Origin: a virus
DNA: 64,000 bases
Reading direction: 5' to 3' (one strand)
IMG/VR virus record: IMGVR_UViG_3300018080_000158
Location: 15,580 to 79,579 of that record
Position 1 is the stretch's first letter; each line of letters starts with the position of its first letter. Below are positions 38,014 to 47,689 of this stretch, one piece after another. The notes under the pieces were generated by a model. That model was given only the letters and a program-made list of their open reading frames with translations, did not search any database and was not told the origin of the DNA. The position numbers and the translations under genes were made by a program.

Positions 38014-39871
38014 CTGCATGATAGAATGGCACATAGCATTTAATCCTTATTTTAGAGTCAGTTGCAGGGGTGATGGAGTCAATCTCTAAGTATTGGTCCC
38101 AATCACTCGCATTGTCCCGTGCTGAAATTGTTTCATCTGATTTAGTAGTAGTTATTGTGTATTCACTTGTATCATCGTAGCTATCAATGTATTCAGCCTC
38201 TAACCAAATATCTGTAGCGGCTAAAGTGTTTCCTCCTCCATCATCATCATGATATTGTACGTAATATTTACATGTCCAAGCTTCGGCTTCCGCTTCGTAT
38301 TCGTGAGTAAAGATAGGCGGGATTGCTGTATCGATTGGTTCCTTATAACTACTGCCATCATGAATAATCTCAACAAGTGTTCCCGATCCTCCTGTTCTTG
38401 CGTTTGGATAATCGCCACCGCCTCCAGCAGTAACAGTGGTACACTCACCTTGGCCTGTAAATTTTTTATGTGCCCCAAGTATTTTCTGATAATTTTCTAT
38501 TGTTATCAAACTATTCTTTGAAGGGTACGAATAACCAACATCACCATTTGTATGCGAGGCTTTTACATCTATACCAATAATATGCGTAGCATTCATGATC
38601 CTAAAGGTAGTATCACCACACGCCGCCTCCACCCCAAGATTCGTATTTTCAAGATACATAGGGTTGTTTCGGTAAGAAAAAATACAGCAATCCCCTACAT
38701 TGTATGCAGCAAAATCTACAGTATCAACGGAAGCCCCAGCGTCCAAATATATTGCCCGTTGATTCGACCCAGCTCCAACTCCCTCTACTATACATCGACT
38801 ATAAACAACGTGACAATTTGCGGCCCTGAGCAAAAGGTCCTGTGTACTAGCACGAAATAACATGCTATGCCAAAAACTTGGAGAAGCTGAATTATAGACG
38901 ATGCCATTATTATCATCAGAATCACACATATCTAGATTTGCAAAATAATAATATTGGTCATCATTTAATTGTAGCTGATATGACTGGTCAGCAAAATCTA
39001 TTACTGGCAAAGTTTCAGCGTCAGAATCCCAATCACTTTCTTGGATAGCCCAACCAGAATCGTCAAAGCCATACTCTGCTCCCATGTCAGCAACATACGG
39101 AACTTCTCCATCATCTGCTTCAATCTGAAATTTTCCATTTGTTCCAGTAACCGTTGAGCCAGCATACTCTCTGTCAATAAGGAAACCAACCGCCGTCTCG
39201 CCTCCAGCATCAATCTCAGCATCACCGCCAGCATCATCTGTTATATTATCATCTTCAACCCAAGCACTACCGCTGTATCTATAATATTGAATAGTACCAG
39301 TAGTGTCCCCATCATCTGTAAACGCCCAAATCTTTCCTGTCTTAGTTTGTGTTACATTGTCTGCTTCACTTTCAACTGTAAATTCATCTCCGGCTCCCAT
39401 ACCATCAACTCCGGCCTCCCAAAGTACAGCCGTTATAAGGTATTCTTTCCCGTTTGGTGCAGTGCAAAAGCGGCCTACATGTGTTTCACGATCTGGGGTT
39501 ACGCCCACTACATTATCGACAATATTTGAGCCGTTGGTAAAATCAGCTTGTGTAATTGTAGTATTCGGAATTGCTGGCCTAGGCCAACCAATAGTATAAA
39601 TTGGTTCTTTAGCATTTCCATCGTAGGCAGGTAAAATATCACTTGTAGGATTCCCTCCATCCCACTCCTGATGAATCCTTCTGATAAAAACGATATCCCC
39701 AGCAGAAAGGCTCCCAGACTCTAAAGCCTTCTCAATATCATTCCATGCCAGGTCCATAGTTGTCCCGTTGTCAGTGTTGTCTCCAGTTGTCGAATCAACG
39801 AAGTAAATGGCCCCGAAACACTGCCCCACAAGAAGCAACCAGATAATAAAGACTCTACTTATCCAATACAT
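37967..39871 (-). CDS. Secreted acidic beta-helix fibre-like protein, paralog A
   Basis: Signal peptide; YFVDSTTGDN.DNG.T...AW pectin-lyase-like start; shared C-terminal domain. Confidence 0.65.
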   Translation of the reverse strand: MYWISRVFIIWLLLVGQCFGAIYFVDSTTGDNTDNGTTMDLAWNDIEKALESGSLSAGDIVFIRRIHQEWDGGNPTSDILPAYDGNAKEPIYTIGWPRPAIPNTTITQADFTNGSNIVDNVVGVTPDRETHVGRFCTAPNGKEYLITAVLWEAGVDGMGAGDEFTVESEADNVTQTKTGKIWAFTDDGDTTGTIQYYRYSGSAWVEDDNITDDAGGDAEIDAGGETAVGFLIDREYAGSTVTGTNGKFQIEADDGEVPYVADMGAEYGFDDSGWAIQESDWDSDAETLPVIDFADQSYQLQLNDDQYYYFANLDMCDSDDNNGIVYNSASPSFWHSMLFRASTQDLLLRAANCHVVYSRCIVEGVGAGSNQRAIYLDAGASVDTVDFAAYNVGDCCIFSYRNNPMYLENTNLGVEAACGDTTFRIMNATHIIGIDVKASHTNGDVGYSYPSKNSLITIENYQKILGAHKKFTGQGECTTVTAGGGGDYPNARTGGSGTLVEIIHDGSSYKEPIDTAIPPIFTHEYEAEAEAWTCKYYVQYHDDDGGGNTLAATDIWLEAEYIDSYDDTSEYTITTTKSDETISARDNASDWDQYLEIDSITPATDSKIRIKCYVPFYHADDKIYIDPLAVITTS

Positions 39872-40064
39872 AGCTCTCTCCATAGCTCCAAGTAGGAGCG
39901 GTTGTAGACATTACTGATTCGCCGTAAGACCAGACAGGCTCCGAAACATCTTCGGAAACTGTAACTGTAGAACCGCCATAGTAATACTGATAACCGCCCA
40001 TAGAATTTAATGTATACAAAACCAGACAGCCAATGAGTAGTAATGCAGCAATTAACAATTTCAT
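39855..40064 (-). CDS. Small signal-peptide protein with WSYGES repeat
   Basis: Hydrophobic N-terminus; PVWSYGES / PTWSYGES. Confidence 0.55.
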   Translation of the reverse strand: MKLLIAALLLIGCLVLYTLNSMGGYQYYYGGSTVTVSEDVSEPVWSYGESVMSTTAPTWSYGESYVLDK

Positions 40065-40074
40065 TACTCACCTC

Positions 40075-42006
40075 CTAAAAGTCTGAGGTTCTTTTATCCA
40101 GTTTGAACTTCAGCATTACCAAACTAGCCCCTACCACTTGTCCATAGTCATCGTTGTCATCTTCATCCCGATAGAGTTTAAAGTGGATTGTCTCTCCTGC
40201 CGTAAGATCAGTAATATGAGTACTTGTCATAGCAGAACTCCACGCAGTTGCTACTCGGTCATATTGCGCATCTGTTCTTGATCCGCTATTGGATGTCTGA
40301 GCAGTGCCATAAGTACCGTCAAGAGAATCCCCATCTCCAAGAGAGAATCCCTGCATCTCAAACTGCCAACTTTCAGCAGACGGCCCAGTGGCATTATATA
40401 CCCAACAAATCACTCTAAACTTAATACCAGCCGTCACATCTAAATCAGGCGGCGCCTCCCACGTAAAAGCAAGATCTTCGTCCGAATCTGCGGCAAAGGT
40501 TCTGACATCTACAGACTTAGTGTTTGAAGTGATTGTTTCCAATGCATCTGGAGGGCTTGCTCCATCTGTCATGTAGGAAATGGGAATAGGGCAAGTCTCC
40601 ACAAAATCATTTACTCCTGAGATTGTTAAGTTGCCGTCCGTATCCCATCCATACCTAGTTGCTTCCAAAGTCTTTATGGTGGTTGCAGTAATAGTTCCTG
40701 GACTGGCTACTCTATTCCTGACTATCCTAATCCAATAACCTGAACTACCATCGGCACCGCCAGGATCTGCATCAGATTTCCAATTGGTAAGATTTGCTGA
40801 ATTCCACACTATCTCTCCGCTTGTAGTAAATCCTTGAGTGCCATCTGAAGGATAGAATTGTACCCAAGCCGGAGAAGTGTCGTAATAGTAAAACTGAGGG
40901 AAGATAGTCTTTGTGCCAACGGAGGAGAGTAATACTTCAAGCTCATTAAATGTGGTTGCTGAGCCTATGTAGATCGCATCATCAGCATCCACAAATATAT
41001 CATTTCCGTCTATTCCGTCTGTCCATGCACCTCCATCAGGATACCTTGCAGCATATTCGGTTTGACTAGGTGTAGCAAAGGCGCCTGTCTGTTGGCATAC
41101 AGGAGCGACTCCAGGCTTTGCACATAGCGCCACAATAGTTCCACTCGTAGAACCTATAGAGGCAACATCCAGCGCACGCAAAGTGGAGGAAGAATCCAAA
41201 TTACTAGCATCTAAATTCATTGATATACCTGTATAGGTCGCCGAAGCCGCACTGCCTGCATCTTTGTCAAAAAGAACTCTGCCTTCCACCACATGAAGAG
41301 CTGTCTCATGCTCAGGCATTACTATTCTTGCTCCCTCCAAATCTGGGGAGTTAGTAGTATCCACACCTGATAGATTTACTGCAATACCTCGAATCTTAGC
41401 CCCGGCTGCGCTCGGATCTAAATCATCAGGTTTTACTCTAACACCTGTCCAATCTTCATCTCCTCCTAAAGCCTCACCCCCAGTAATATCAATGGCCTGA
41501 TTGTCAGTACCAGAAATACTAGTTTGAGATATTGTAAGAGCTGGCTCTGAAGTATTGTTCAAGGTCACCTTGTTAAGCGTTTGAGTGCCATCTAGAGAAT
41601 CTACATCTCCATCGTCATCAGTGTCAATCTGATGTAAGTAATCATATATGTCATCTTTCTCTGGAGAATCTGTGTCTCCATTCCAGCCAGCAGCGTAAAC
41701 ACCATCAACTCCATCGTCATCGTCAACGATAGAAGAATCAAGATTGTCTACATCTCCATCGTCATCTGTATCAAGCAGATGCAAGTAATCATAAATTGAG
41801 TTCTTTGAAGCGCCATCTTCATCAGCATTCCAGGCATTGGAGTAAACATCATCCTCCACTGTGCCAGCCCTTAAAGATCGTGTACTTGACGAGGCTCCAG
41901 GGGAAGCAATCCGTTCTGGCCCCATAGGTCCGATAGTAGAGTTCTTGTCCATGGCACACGATACCATAAACAACACTAGTATACTAATAACAAAAAATCG
42001 TTTCAT
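40075..42006 (-). CDS. Lipoprotein-signal fibre-like protein with DTDDDGDVD repeats
   Basis: FMVSC lipobox; two Y...WN.D....K..IYDYLH..DTDDDGDVD repeats; C-terminal jelly-roll-like domain. Confidence 0.65.
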   Translation of the reverse strand: MKRFFVISILVLFMVSCAMDKNSTIGPMGPERIASPGASSSTRSLRAGTVEDDVYSNAWNADEDGASKNSIYDYLHLLDTDDDGDVDNLDSSIVDDDDGVDGVYAAGWNGDTDSPEKDDIYDYLHQIDTDDDGDVDSLDGTQTLNKVTLNNTSEPALTISQTSISGTDNQAIDITGGEALGGDEDWTGVRVKPDDLDPSAAGAKIRGIAVNLSGVDTTNSPDLEGARIVMPEHETALHVVEGRVLFDKDAGSAASATYTGISMNLDASNLDSSSTLRALDVASIGSTSGTIVALCAKPGVAPVCQQTGAFATPSQTEYAARYPDGGAWTDGIDGNDIFVDADDAIYIGSATTFNELEVLLSSVGTKTIFPQFYYYDTSPAWVQFYPSDGTQGFTTSGEIVWNSANLTNWKSDADPGGADGSSGYWIRIVRNRVASPGTITATTIKTLEATRYGWDTDGNLTISGVNDFVETCPIPISYMTDGASPPDALETITSNTKSVDVRTFAADSDEDLAFTWEAPPDLDVTAGIKFRVICWVYNATGPSAESWQFEMQGFSLGDGDSLDGTYGTAQTSNSGSRTDAQYDRVATAWSSAMTSTHITDLTAGETIHFKLYRDEDDNDDYGQVVGASLVMLKFKLDKRTSDF

Positions 42007-42025
42007 ATCTATAAACACCTCCCAA

Positions 42026-42349
42026 TTAGTCATAGAACAAAATTTCAAGAATCTCGCTTCCTGCCGCTACACTAGCAAAACAAAGTCTCTCGTCTGCTTG
42101 TAAGCCAATGTTCATAGACCATTCCCCTGCTATGGTGTAATAAGTAGTGCCAGCAGAAGTCAAAGACACCAAAAAATCAGACGCTGCTCTGGTCCTCATC
42201 ATAAAGCCTTTGCATGGATGAGAACTTTTAATGGCTTGCCATGCGTTAGTAAGAGTAATATTCTTTACCTCTGTTATCTCACAACCTCCAGGAATAGGGT
42301 AGCCAGCAGCGTCCCTTTTGAATGGCCTTGTCAAATTGTGTGTAGTCAT
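42026..42349 (-). CDS. Hypothetical (small beta-rich, virion-like) protein
   Basis: Coupled ORF. Confidence 0.6.
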   Translation of the reverse strand: MTTHNLTRPFKRDAAGYPIPGGCEITEVKNITLTNAWQAIKSSHPCKGFMMRTRAASDFLVSLTSAGTTYYTIAGEWSMNIGLQADERLCFASVAAGSEILEILFYD

Positions 42350-42739
42350 TTACTTATCCCTCCTTTTCAATCCTCGTTTGTGTAGTATTTCAGTTTTGAA
42401 CCAAGGGAAATGTCTTACTAAGCCAGGGGCCAAAGTAGCAATTACTTCCAAACGTATGCTTTGAAAGAAAATTACTTTGGCAGTAATGAACTTGATTTGA
42501 GTCCCTTCTAAAGTGGAAACTATCCTATTAAATCCACGAGACCTTTTTTTAAGGCCATAGTAATCGATTACTAAGACCTCATCGGTATCTACCTCCTTCC
42601 CCATAAGCAAACCGAAAGGTTTAGAAGATAATCGACATGGCTTTGGCGAAACTTCCTGAACCCTGCCAAGCAGACCAAGTTTAACCCCTGGCAATATCAC
42701 TCGTCTTTCAAATTTACTTCTGTAGCTTCTAATATTCAT
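42350..42739 (-). CDS. Hypothetical protein
   Basis: Coupled ORF. Confidence 0.55.
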   Translation of the reverse strand: MNIRSYRSKFERRVILPGVKLGLLGRVQEVSPKPCRLSSKPFGLLMGKEVDTDEVLVIDYYGLKKRSRGFNRIVSTLEGTQIKFITAKVIFFQSIRLEVIATLAPGLVRHFPWFKTEILHKRGLKRRDK

Positions 42740-43614
42740 AAATTGAATTGCACCTTGTCACATCCCGTTCGATTTGCTCTGTCAGAATCTAGGAGCATTC
42801 TTATATCGTATATTTGACCAAAGCCTTTTAGAGGAAGAGTCATTTCAAGATTTTTCCATTCCTTATCGTAAACTCTTATTTCACCGTCTGTTGACTCCCT
42901 GTCTCTCCTACCTAGTGGAATATTTGCTGATATTCCAATGACTCGAAAGTCAGACGCTACAACAACTCCTCTGGGATACCCACCAGTATGTAGTAACACT
43001 TCTTCACTGTCGGCATATTTAATTACTCCTTCATTTGATGAGCAAACAACCAATCTGCCATACTCACGCCATATGTTATGAGAGCCAGATCCCACGTTGT
43101 TGATTTGATCCTTCAATCCTAGAAAGGGATAGCTATATTGCTGCAAAAAAGATCCGCTCTTATTGTTATGACAGAGAATCGACATTCTTTTTGTTTTGTA
43201 GTCATACCAAACAGAATTTAGATGAACGTAATTATTCCCTCTTCCTTTAGTATTATAGTATTGAAGCAACCCAACTGGTCTCCAAATTTCCCATTTAGGA
43301 TTGTTAATATTTCCATTCCATTTCTGAATATAATCATATTGAGTATTAGTAATCCAAAGATATCCATCAAACCAATAGATTTGATGAGGTGCCGTCAATG
43401 GCATATCTTCTGGAGGGTATACAGTTTTGATCAATGCTAGATTTAAATCAAAAACATTTATTGCTGCCTTCTTTCCTTTCCATTCAGCAACAAATAGATT
43501 TTTTTCATTCCAAGCAATACCCCAACATCTACCTCTTTTTATGGGTCTAATATTGCCGGTTTCCGTGTCAACAACCAAGCAAGCTCTAAAGCTGCCAATT
43601 ACTAACAATGACAT
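42736..43614 (-). CDS. Beta-propeller protein (DUF4915/TIGR03032-like)
   Basis: PHQI, HLNSV, SHNI, YPRG, IYDIR blade motifs. Confidence 0.65.
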   Translation of the reverse strand: MSLLVIGSFRACLVVDTETGNIRPIKRGRCWGIAWNEKNLFVAEWKGKKAAINVFDLNLALIKTVYPPEDMPLTAPHQIYWFDGYLWITNTQYDYIQKWNGNINNPKWEIWRPVGLLQYYNTKGRGNNYVHLNSVWYDYKTKRMSILCHNNKSGSFLQQYSYPFLGLKDQINNVGSGSHNIWREYGRLVVCSSNEGVIKYADSEEVLLHTGGYPRGVVVASDFRVIGISANIPLGRRDRESTDGEIRVYDKEWKNLEMTLPLKGFGQIYDIRMLLDSDRANRTGCDKVQFNL

Positions 43615-43634
43615 TTAAAAGTACCTCCAACAAA

Positions 43635-44408
43635 TTACTCGAAACGAATACTACTTCCATAAGTACGTTCAAATAAAATACGAGCAGCAGAAATTACATC
43701 TCCAACAGCTATGCTCTCCCAGCAAATATGTTTAAATCTATTCTTGCAAGGATGGTGGTTATAGCAATCATCAGAGCAATCCAAACGACAAGAAAGATTT
43801 ATATTTTGTTGATAGCCAGTCCATGCAGGATGTATAAACCCTCCAAATATAGCAACACAAGGAATTCCTAAAGCTGTTGCCATATGCATGATACCGCCCT
43901 CTGGGCAAATTACTATCCGGTAAGAAGATAAATGCTCGGCTAGATCTATAACTGAGCGGAAGCGAGGTATTGCTTCCCACCCCGTTCGATTTACTAATTC
44001 TTGGGCATGTGGCCAATCTTTCTTGCCTCCATATTTTCCAGTCATAAGAACTTGAACACCAACGTCCTTACATTTTGGCTTCCTTTTAGTAAACAACTCA
44101 GGTAACAATTTAGGTACTGGAGTAGTCAAATTGAAATTACTGCACACTAATTCCCAGTCGGTTAGGATATGGTGTTGAGTCGGTTGTTTTAAATGTATAG
44201 GATCAGGATAGGCTAGAAATAAGCCGTCATTCTCTTGCCCAACCTCATCTACAAAAGGATTATGCAAGACCAGGCCAGGGTGATTTGTGTTTATCTTTAT
44301 CTTAACGGCATCATTATAGGTCTCCTTTATCATCCGCAAAGTGGGAGTGACAAAGAGTAAATCCCCAATGCCGTTAAAAGATTTCAATATCACCCTGGCC
44401 TGAGTCAT
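43635..44408 (-). CDS. Glycosyltransferase family 9 (heptosyltransferase-like)
   Basis: GIGDLLF.TP.LR, NPFVD, KDWP, EGGIMHMATALGIP.V.IFG. Confidence 0.88.
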   Translation of the reverse strand: MTQARVILKSFNGIGDLLFVTPTLRMIKETYNDAVKIKINTNHPGLVLHNPFVDEVGQENDGLFLAYPDPIHLKQPTQHHILTDWELVCSNFNLTTPVPKLLPELFTKRKPKCKDVGVQVLMTGKYGGKKDWPHAQELVNRTGWEAIPRFRSVIDLAEHLSSYRIVICPEGGIMHMATALGIPCVAIFGGFIHPAWTGYQQNINLSCRLDCSDDCYNHHPCKNRFKHICWESIAVGDVISAARILFERTYGSSIRFE

Positions 44409-44413
44409 TGTTA

Positions 44414-44746
44414 CTACCTCCGCAGCCCCATTGGACCAAAGCGTTCGCTCAAAATATTCAAAGCTGCACTTATCACAGTGTCGTCGCCTTTGCCCTTGGT
44501 GCTTGCTGCCACCGCCGTCAATAGCCCAGATCCAAGAAGAAGTAACTCCCACCTATCTGCAACCCAGGCCCCCACCGTATCACTTGTGTAGTAATGGCAC
44601 CATATCAGATAGGCCACTATACTTAAAATGTAAGCTAAGCATCGTTTGACTTTTTCCTTTTCAGTCAAGTCATTTTCAGTCAACTCTTTAGGGATTACGC
44701 ACTCTCTCTCATTGTCAGTCCGATCTTCATCTATTGTTTTTGCCAT
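44414..44746 (-). CDS. Two-TM membrane protein (holin-like)
   Basis: Two hydrophobic segments; T..K.DD motif. Confidence 0.5.
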   Translation of the reverse strand: MAKTIDEDRTDNERECVIPKELTENDLTEKEKVKRCLAYILSIVAYLIWCHYYTSDTVGAWVADRWELLLLGSGLLTAVAASTKGKGDDTVISAALNILSERFGPMGLRR

Positions 44747-44766
44747 GTGACGATAACCTCCTTTCT

Positions 44767-45309
44767 TTAACCTTCCCTAAATAACGGGAGCTGTCCTTCA
44801 TATACTATTTGCCACCTTTCAAAACATAAGCAAATATGCTCATGAAGTTTGTCTGGAGTAACCCCATTGTAGTAAGGGAATAACTCAAGATAGTGCAAGC
44901 CTTTTGCCACGAATTCACTACAGACAACTTTGCCAGTAGCTAATTTGTTTAGGCCTGGCAAGGTATGAAATATGATCCTGTATATAGGATAGAAATCTTT
45001 GTGGTGCTGCTCTCCTAACCAGCTTAGAACTTTCAAAGCTGTCTTTTCATTCATGTACTTGCACCTAGCAATCAATACCTCAGCTCCAGCATAAGCACGA
45101 AAAAATTTCTGGCTAGTAACTCTCCAAAGACATTCGTAAGTAAGACCTCTAGTGGAAGCAATCCAACCAGCGTGTTTGTACTTGGCTTTAAAGTCTCCTC
45201 CATACAAACGCTCAAAGAATCCTATGCCGTACCCAATAGGACCTCGACTGTTGACCAAAAAAATATCGCCTGGCCGTACTTGCATTTTATACGGATCTAA
45301 CTTTTGCAT
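44767..45309 (-). CDS. Permuted papain-like (YiiX/YebB, NlpC/P60) enzyme
   Basis: RPGDIFLV...HAG...VCSEFVA...TP. Confidence 0.8.
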   Translation of the reverse strand: MQKLDPYKMQVRPGDIFLVNSRGPIGYGIGFFERLYGGDFKAKYKHAGWIASTRGLTYECLWRVTSQKFFRAYAGAEVLIARCKYMNEKTALKVLSWLGEQHHKDFYPIYRIIFHTLPGLNKLATGKVVCSEFVAKGLHYLELFPYYNGVTPDKLHEHICLCFERWQIVYEGQLPLFREG

Positions 45310-45317
45310 GTCTTACC

Positions 45318-45337
45318 TACTTTCAAACGTGTGAAAG
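45318..45337. repeat. Dispersed palindrome copy 5 (variant)
   Basis: TACTTTCAAACGTGTGAAAG in a 28-bp intergenic gap. Confidence 0.7.
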
Positions 45338-45991
45338 CTATCCCATCAAAACCAAAATTGTGTAGTCATTTGGAATAGCAAACACAAGATAATTTTGAGG
45401 CTCTATCAACTTAAACTCTTTGCCGTCACAAGCCCCCAACAAAGCATGGGCATATGTCTTACCGTTCTTTGGGTATTCTACCCAAACTATAAAGCAAGCC
45501 ATTCTTGCTAGTGTAGCATCCAAGTGCCATACACCCATACCAGCAAAGGCAAAATCACCGCAATCGTATACAGGAAACTTATACACATTTCGAGTAGCAA
45601 TCCTATACCGCCTAAGAGCGTTTACTAGTTGCTGAAAATCTGAAGGGTAGTATTCCTTTGCATCTTCAAACAAAGGAATTTGAATAGGGACTTGGATAAA
45701 CTTCTCTATTTGACTGCTAGTCATCGGAGAAGTTGTATCTTGGATCTTCTCCTCTTTTTGCTTCCACAAAATGAAATCCGCCCAACTCCATGCAGGATGG
45801 GAAGGAGTTATTGAGTAATCCACTTTCCCCCCAGCGTATTTATTTATATGCTGTGGCACGAAAGGACCTTCCCAAATCTCAACCATAGAGCCATCTGGCT
45901 TTACAATGAATCTATGAACTCCCTTAGATACAATACGAAGCAAAGAAGGTACTTTCAACTTGGAAGAGTTGTATTTGGTAGTAATCATCAC
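45338..45991 (-). CDS. Papain/transglutaminase-like cysteine protease (MOA agglutinin C-terminal-like)
   Basis: YDCGDFA...HA...IEPQ. Confidence 0.7.
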   Translation of the reverse strand: MMITTKYNSSKLKVPSLLRIVSKGVHRFIVKPDGSMVEIWEGPFVPQHINKYAGGKVDYSITPSHPAWSWADFILWKQKEEKIQDTTSPMTSSQIEKFIQVPIQIPLFEDAKEYYPSDFQQLVNALRRYRIATRNVYKFPVYDCGDFAFAGMGVWHLDATLARMACFIVWVEYPKNGKTYAHALLGACDGKEFKLIEPQNYLVFAIPNDYTILVLMG

Positions 45992-46749
45992 TAACTCCCT
46001 TCCCCATCAGTACGAGGCATAGAAAACCAAGGTTCAGGGTGCAATTCTGGATCAGCCCTTTCTGGATCACAAATTCCAGGGGGCCACCACGGCACCTCAC
46101 CAGCAGGCTCTATTGAGCAATCAGTAATATACTTAATATCTGCCACAGAAACAAAGTCTCCCATACCTCCGATTTTGACACGCTGCCAATCTTTAGTAAT
46201 CGATGAAGATATTACTTCCATATCCTCATCAAGGTCATTGGAATGAGCAATAGAATGCCTATTGAAAAAGGCAGAGCCGATTAGATTTTCAACAAGCAAA
46301 GCAGCAGATGTTCCGGCATCACATCCACCTATTTGAGTTACTGCATTGAATGCGTCCCCTTCAACACCGGCTTGAATAGCATCCATGTAGCATTCATTGG
46401 CAGATATTCTTGTAACACCCCCAGCCGCTTCCCAAGATCCGGTCTTGATCAAAGACGCATCGTCACCCAGAAAACTCCAAGAGGAGTCAAAACCGCCTCC
46501 TGAGAATGCCACATCAGCTTGCAGTAATTTGGCATCTACAAAGCGACCAGCACCAGAAGCTCTATCTTGAAAAGCGTTCAACGGCTGATCTTCCGAGTTC
46601 TGCCCCATAGCATCGCCAAAAATTGAAATACGGGCATCTCCACTTTGGACATCAAACTTGCAAGTAAATTCCCCATCTGCATAGACGTAACTGCACAAAG
46701 CAAAAAGAACAAGAATAGCAAAGCAGTACTTGATCATTTTACGAGTCAT
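45991..46749 (-). CDS. Secreted acidic hypothetical protein
   Basis: Sec signal peptide ending VYA. Confidence 0.65.
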   Translation of the reverse strand: MTRKMIKYCFAILVLFALCSYVYADGEFTCKFDVQSGDARISIFGDAMGQNSEDQPLNAFQDRASGAGRFVDAKLLQADVAFSGGGFDSSWSFLGDDASLIKTGSWEAAGGVTRISANECYMDAIQAGVEGDAFNAVTQIGGCDAGTSAALLVENLIGSAFFNRHSIAHSNDLDEDMEVISSSITKDWQRVKIGGMGDFVSVADIKYITDCSIEPAGEVPWWPPGICDPERADPELHPEPWFSMPRTDGEGS

Positions 46750-46753
46750 TGTT

Positions 46754-47689
46754 TTAATCCTCCTTTATCTTAAAGCAGTCCTTAACAATTGAAGCAAACT
46801 TTTCGACTCTGACAACATTACTATGCCTACGTCTAACCAATCTCTCTCCTTTTTTGGCCACCACCTCCAGCTCATTTGGACGATCTATAAAATATTGTAT
46901 CTTGTTTTTCATTTGCTGCACAGTCTCATAGAGAATGAAATTCTCATCTGGTTTGTATCCAAGCTTAACCATTCCTTCAAAAGGATCTGACAAAAGCATC
47001 GACCCGCAGGCTGGGATCTCCGTCATTCTTAAGTTAAATGATTTGTATCTATCAGACGATGCAACAGCTATTTTACTCCTGTTTAATACTTCTATATAAT
47101 CTCCGTGCTTTACCTTTTTGAGGTGACGTTTTAAATTCTTCAAAGATGCAATATTGTTTCTTACTATAGGACGATTTGGATACTCCCTAGAATTGTAAGA
47201 GCATATAAAACATACATCTGTTCTTCTCCTCAGCTTTTTATTTCTATACACGCCAAGGTCAACTCCATGAGGAAGCCAATAAGTCCGAGGCACTGGTTTT
47301 AACTTTCTAAGTCGTCTCATAGAGTGCAAGTAGGGAACAAACGCAGCATCAAAATGGTTAGACGTTAAGAAATTGTCCTGTTGTTTATAGTTTCTTGGGA
47401 AGTAATCACAAATCAAGGCCACCTTTGGAATATTCTTTATAGACTGCAATCCCCCAATGTACCCAGACACTCCGACACCGCAAGTAACAATGACATCAGG
47501 ATTATGGAACTCAAAAAAAGACATGATCTCATGTACAGTAGTCAAGCCTTTTGTGTTATGTCTGTCCACTCCATTCCATCCTGGCCCATACACTGCAACA
47601 TCGTGTTGACGGATAAGCTCCTCACGAAATAGATGAGTACCCCAGTTATACTTCCATCTCCTATTAGGCGCTAGAAGCAATATCCTCAT
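46754..47689 (-). CDS. GT-B glycosyltransferase (CgeB/Glyco_trans_1_2-like)
   Basis: LPHGVD, LNRSKI...NLRMTEIPACGSMLL, RRHS...R. Confidence 0.85.
   Translation of the reverse strand: MRILLLAPNRRWKYNWGTHLFREELIRQHDVAVYGPGWNGVDRHNTKGLTTVHEIMSFFEFHNPDVIVTCGVGVSGYIGGLQSIKNIPKVALICDYFPRNYKQQDNFLTSNHFDAAFVPYLHSMRRLRKLKPVPRTYWLPHGVDLGVYRNKKLRRRTDVCFICSYNSREYPNRPIVRNNIASLKNLKRHLKKVKHGDYIEVLNRSKIAVASSDRYKSFNLRMTEIPACGSMLLSDPFEGMVKLGYKPDENFILYETVQQMKNKIQYFIDRPNELEVVAKKGERLVRRRHSNVVRVEKFASIVKDCFKIKED

Noticed and set aside
37579-39911. Diversity-generating retroelement TR/VR pair
   Set aside because: Only 57 bp; the 4 mismatches are not consistently at adenines of one copy; the repeat is at gene starts; no reverse transcriptase in the window
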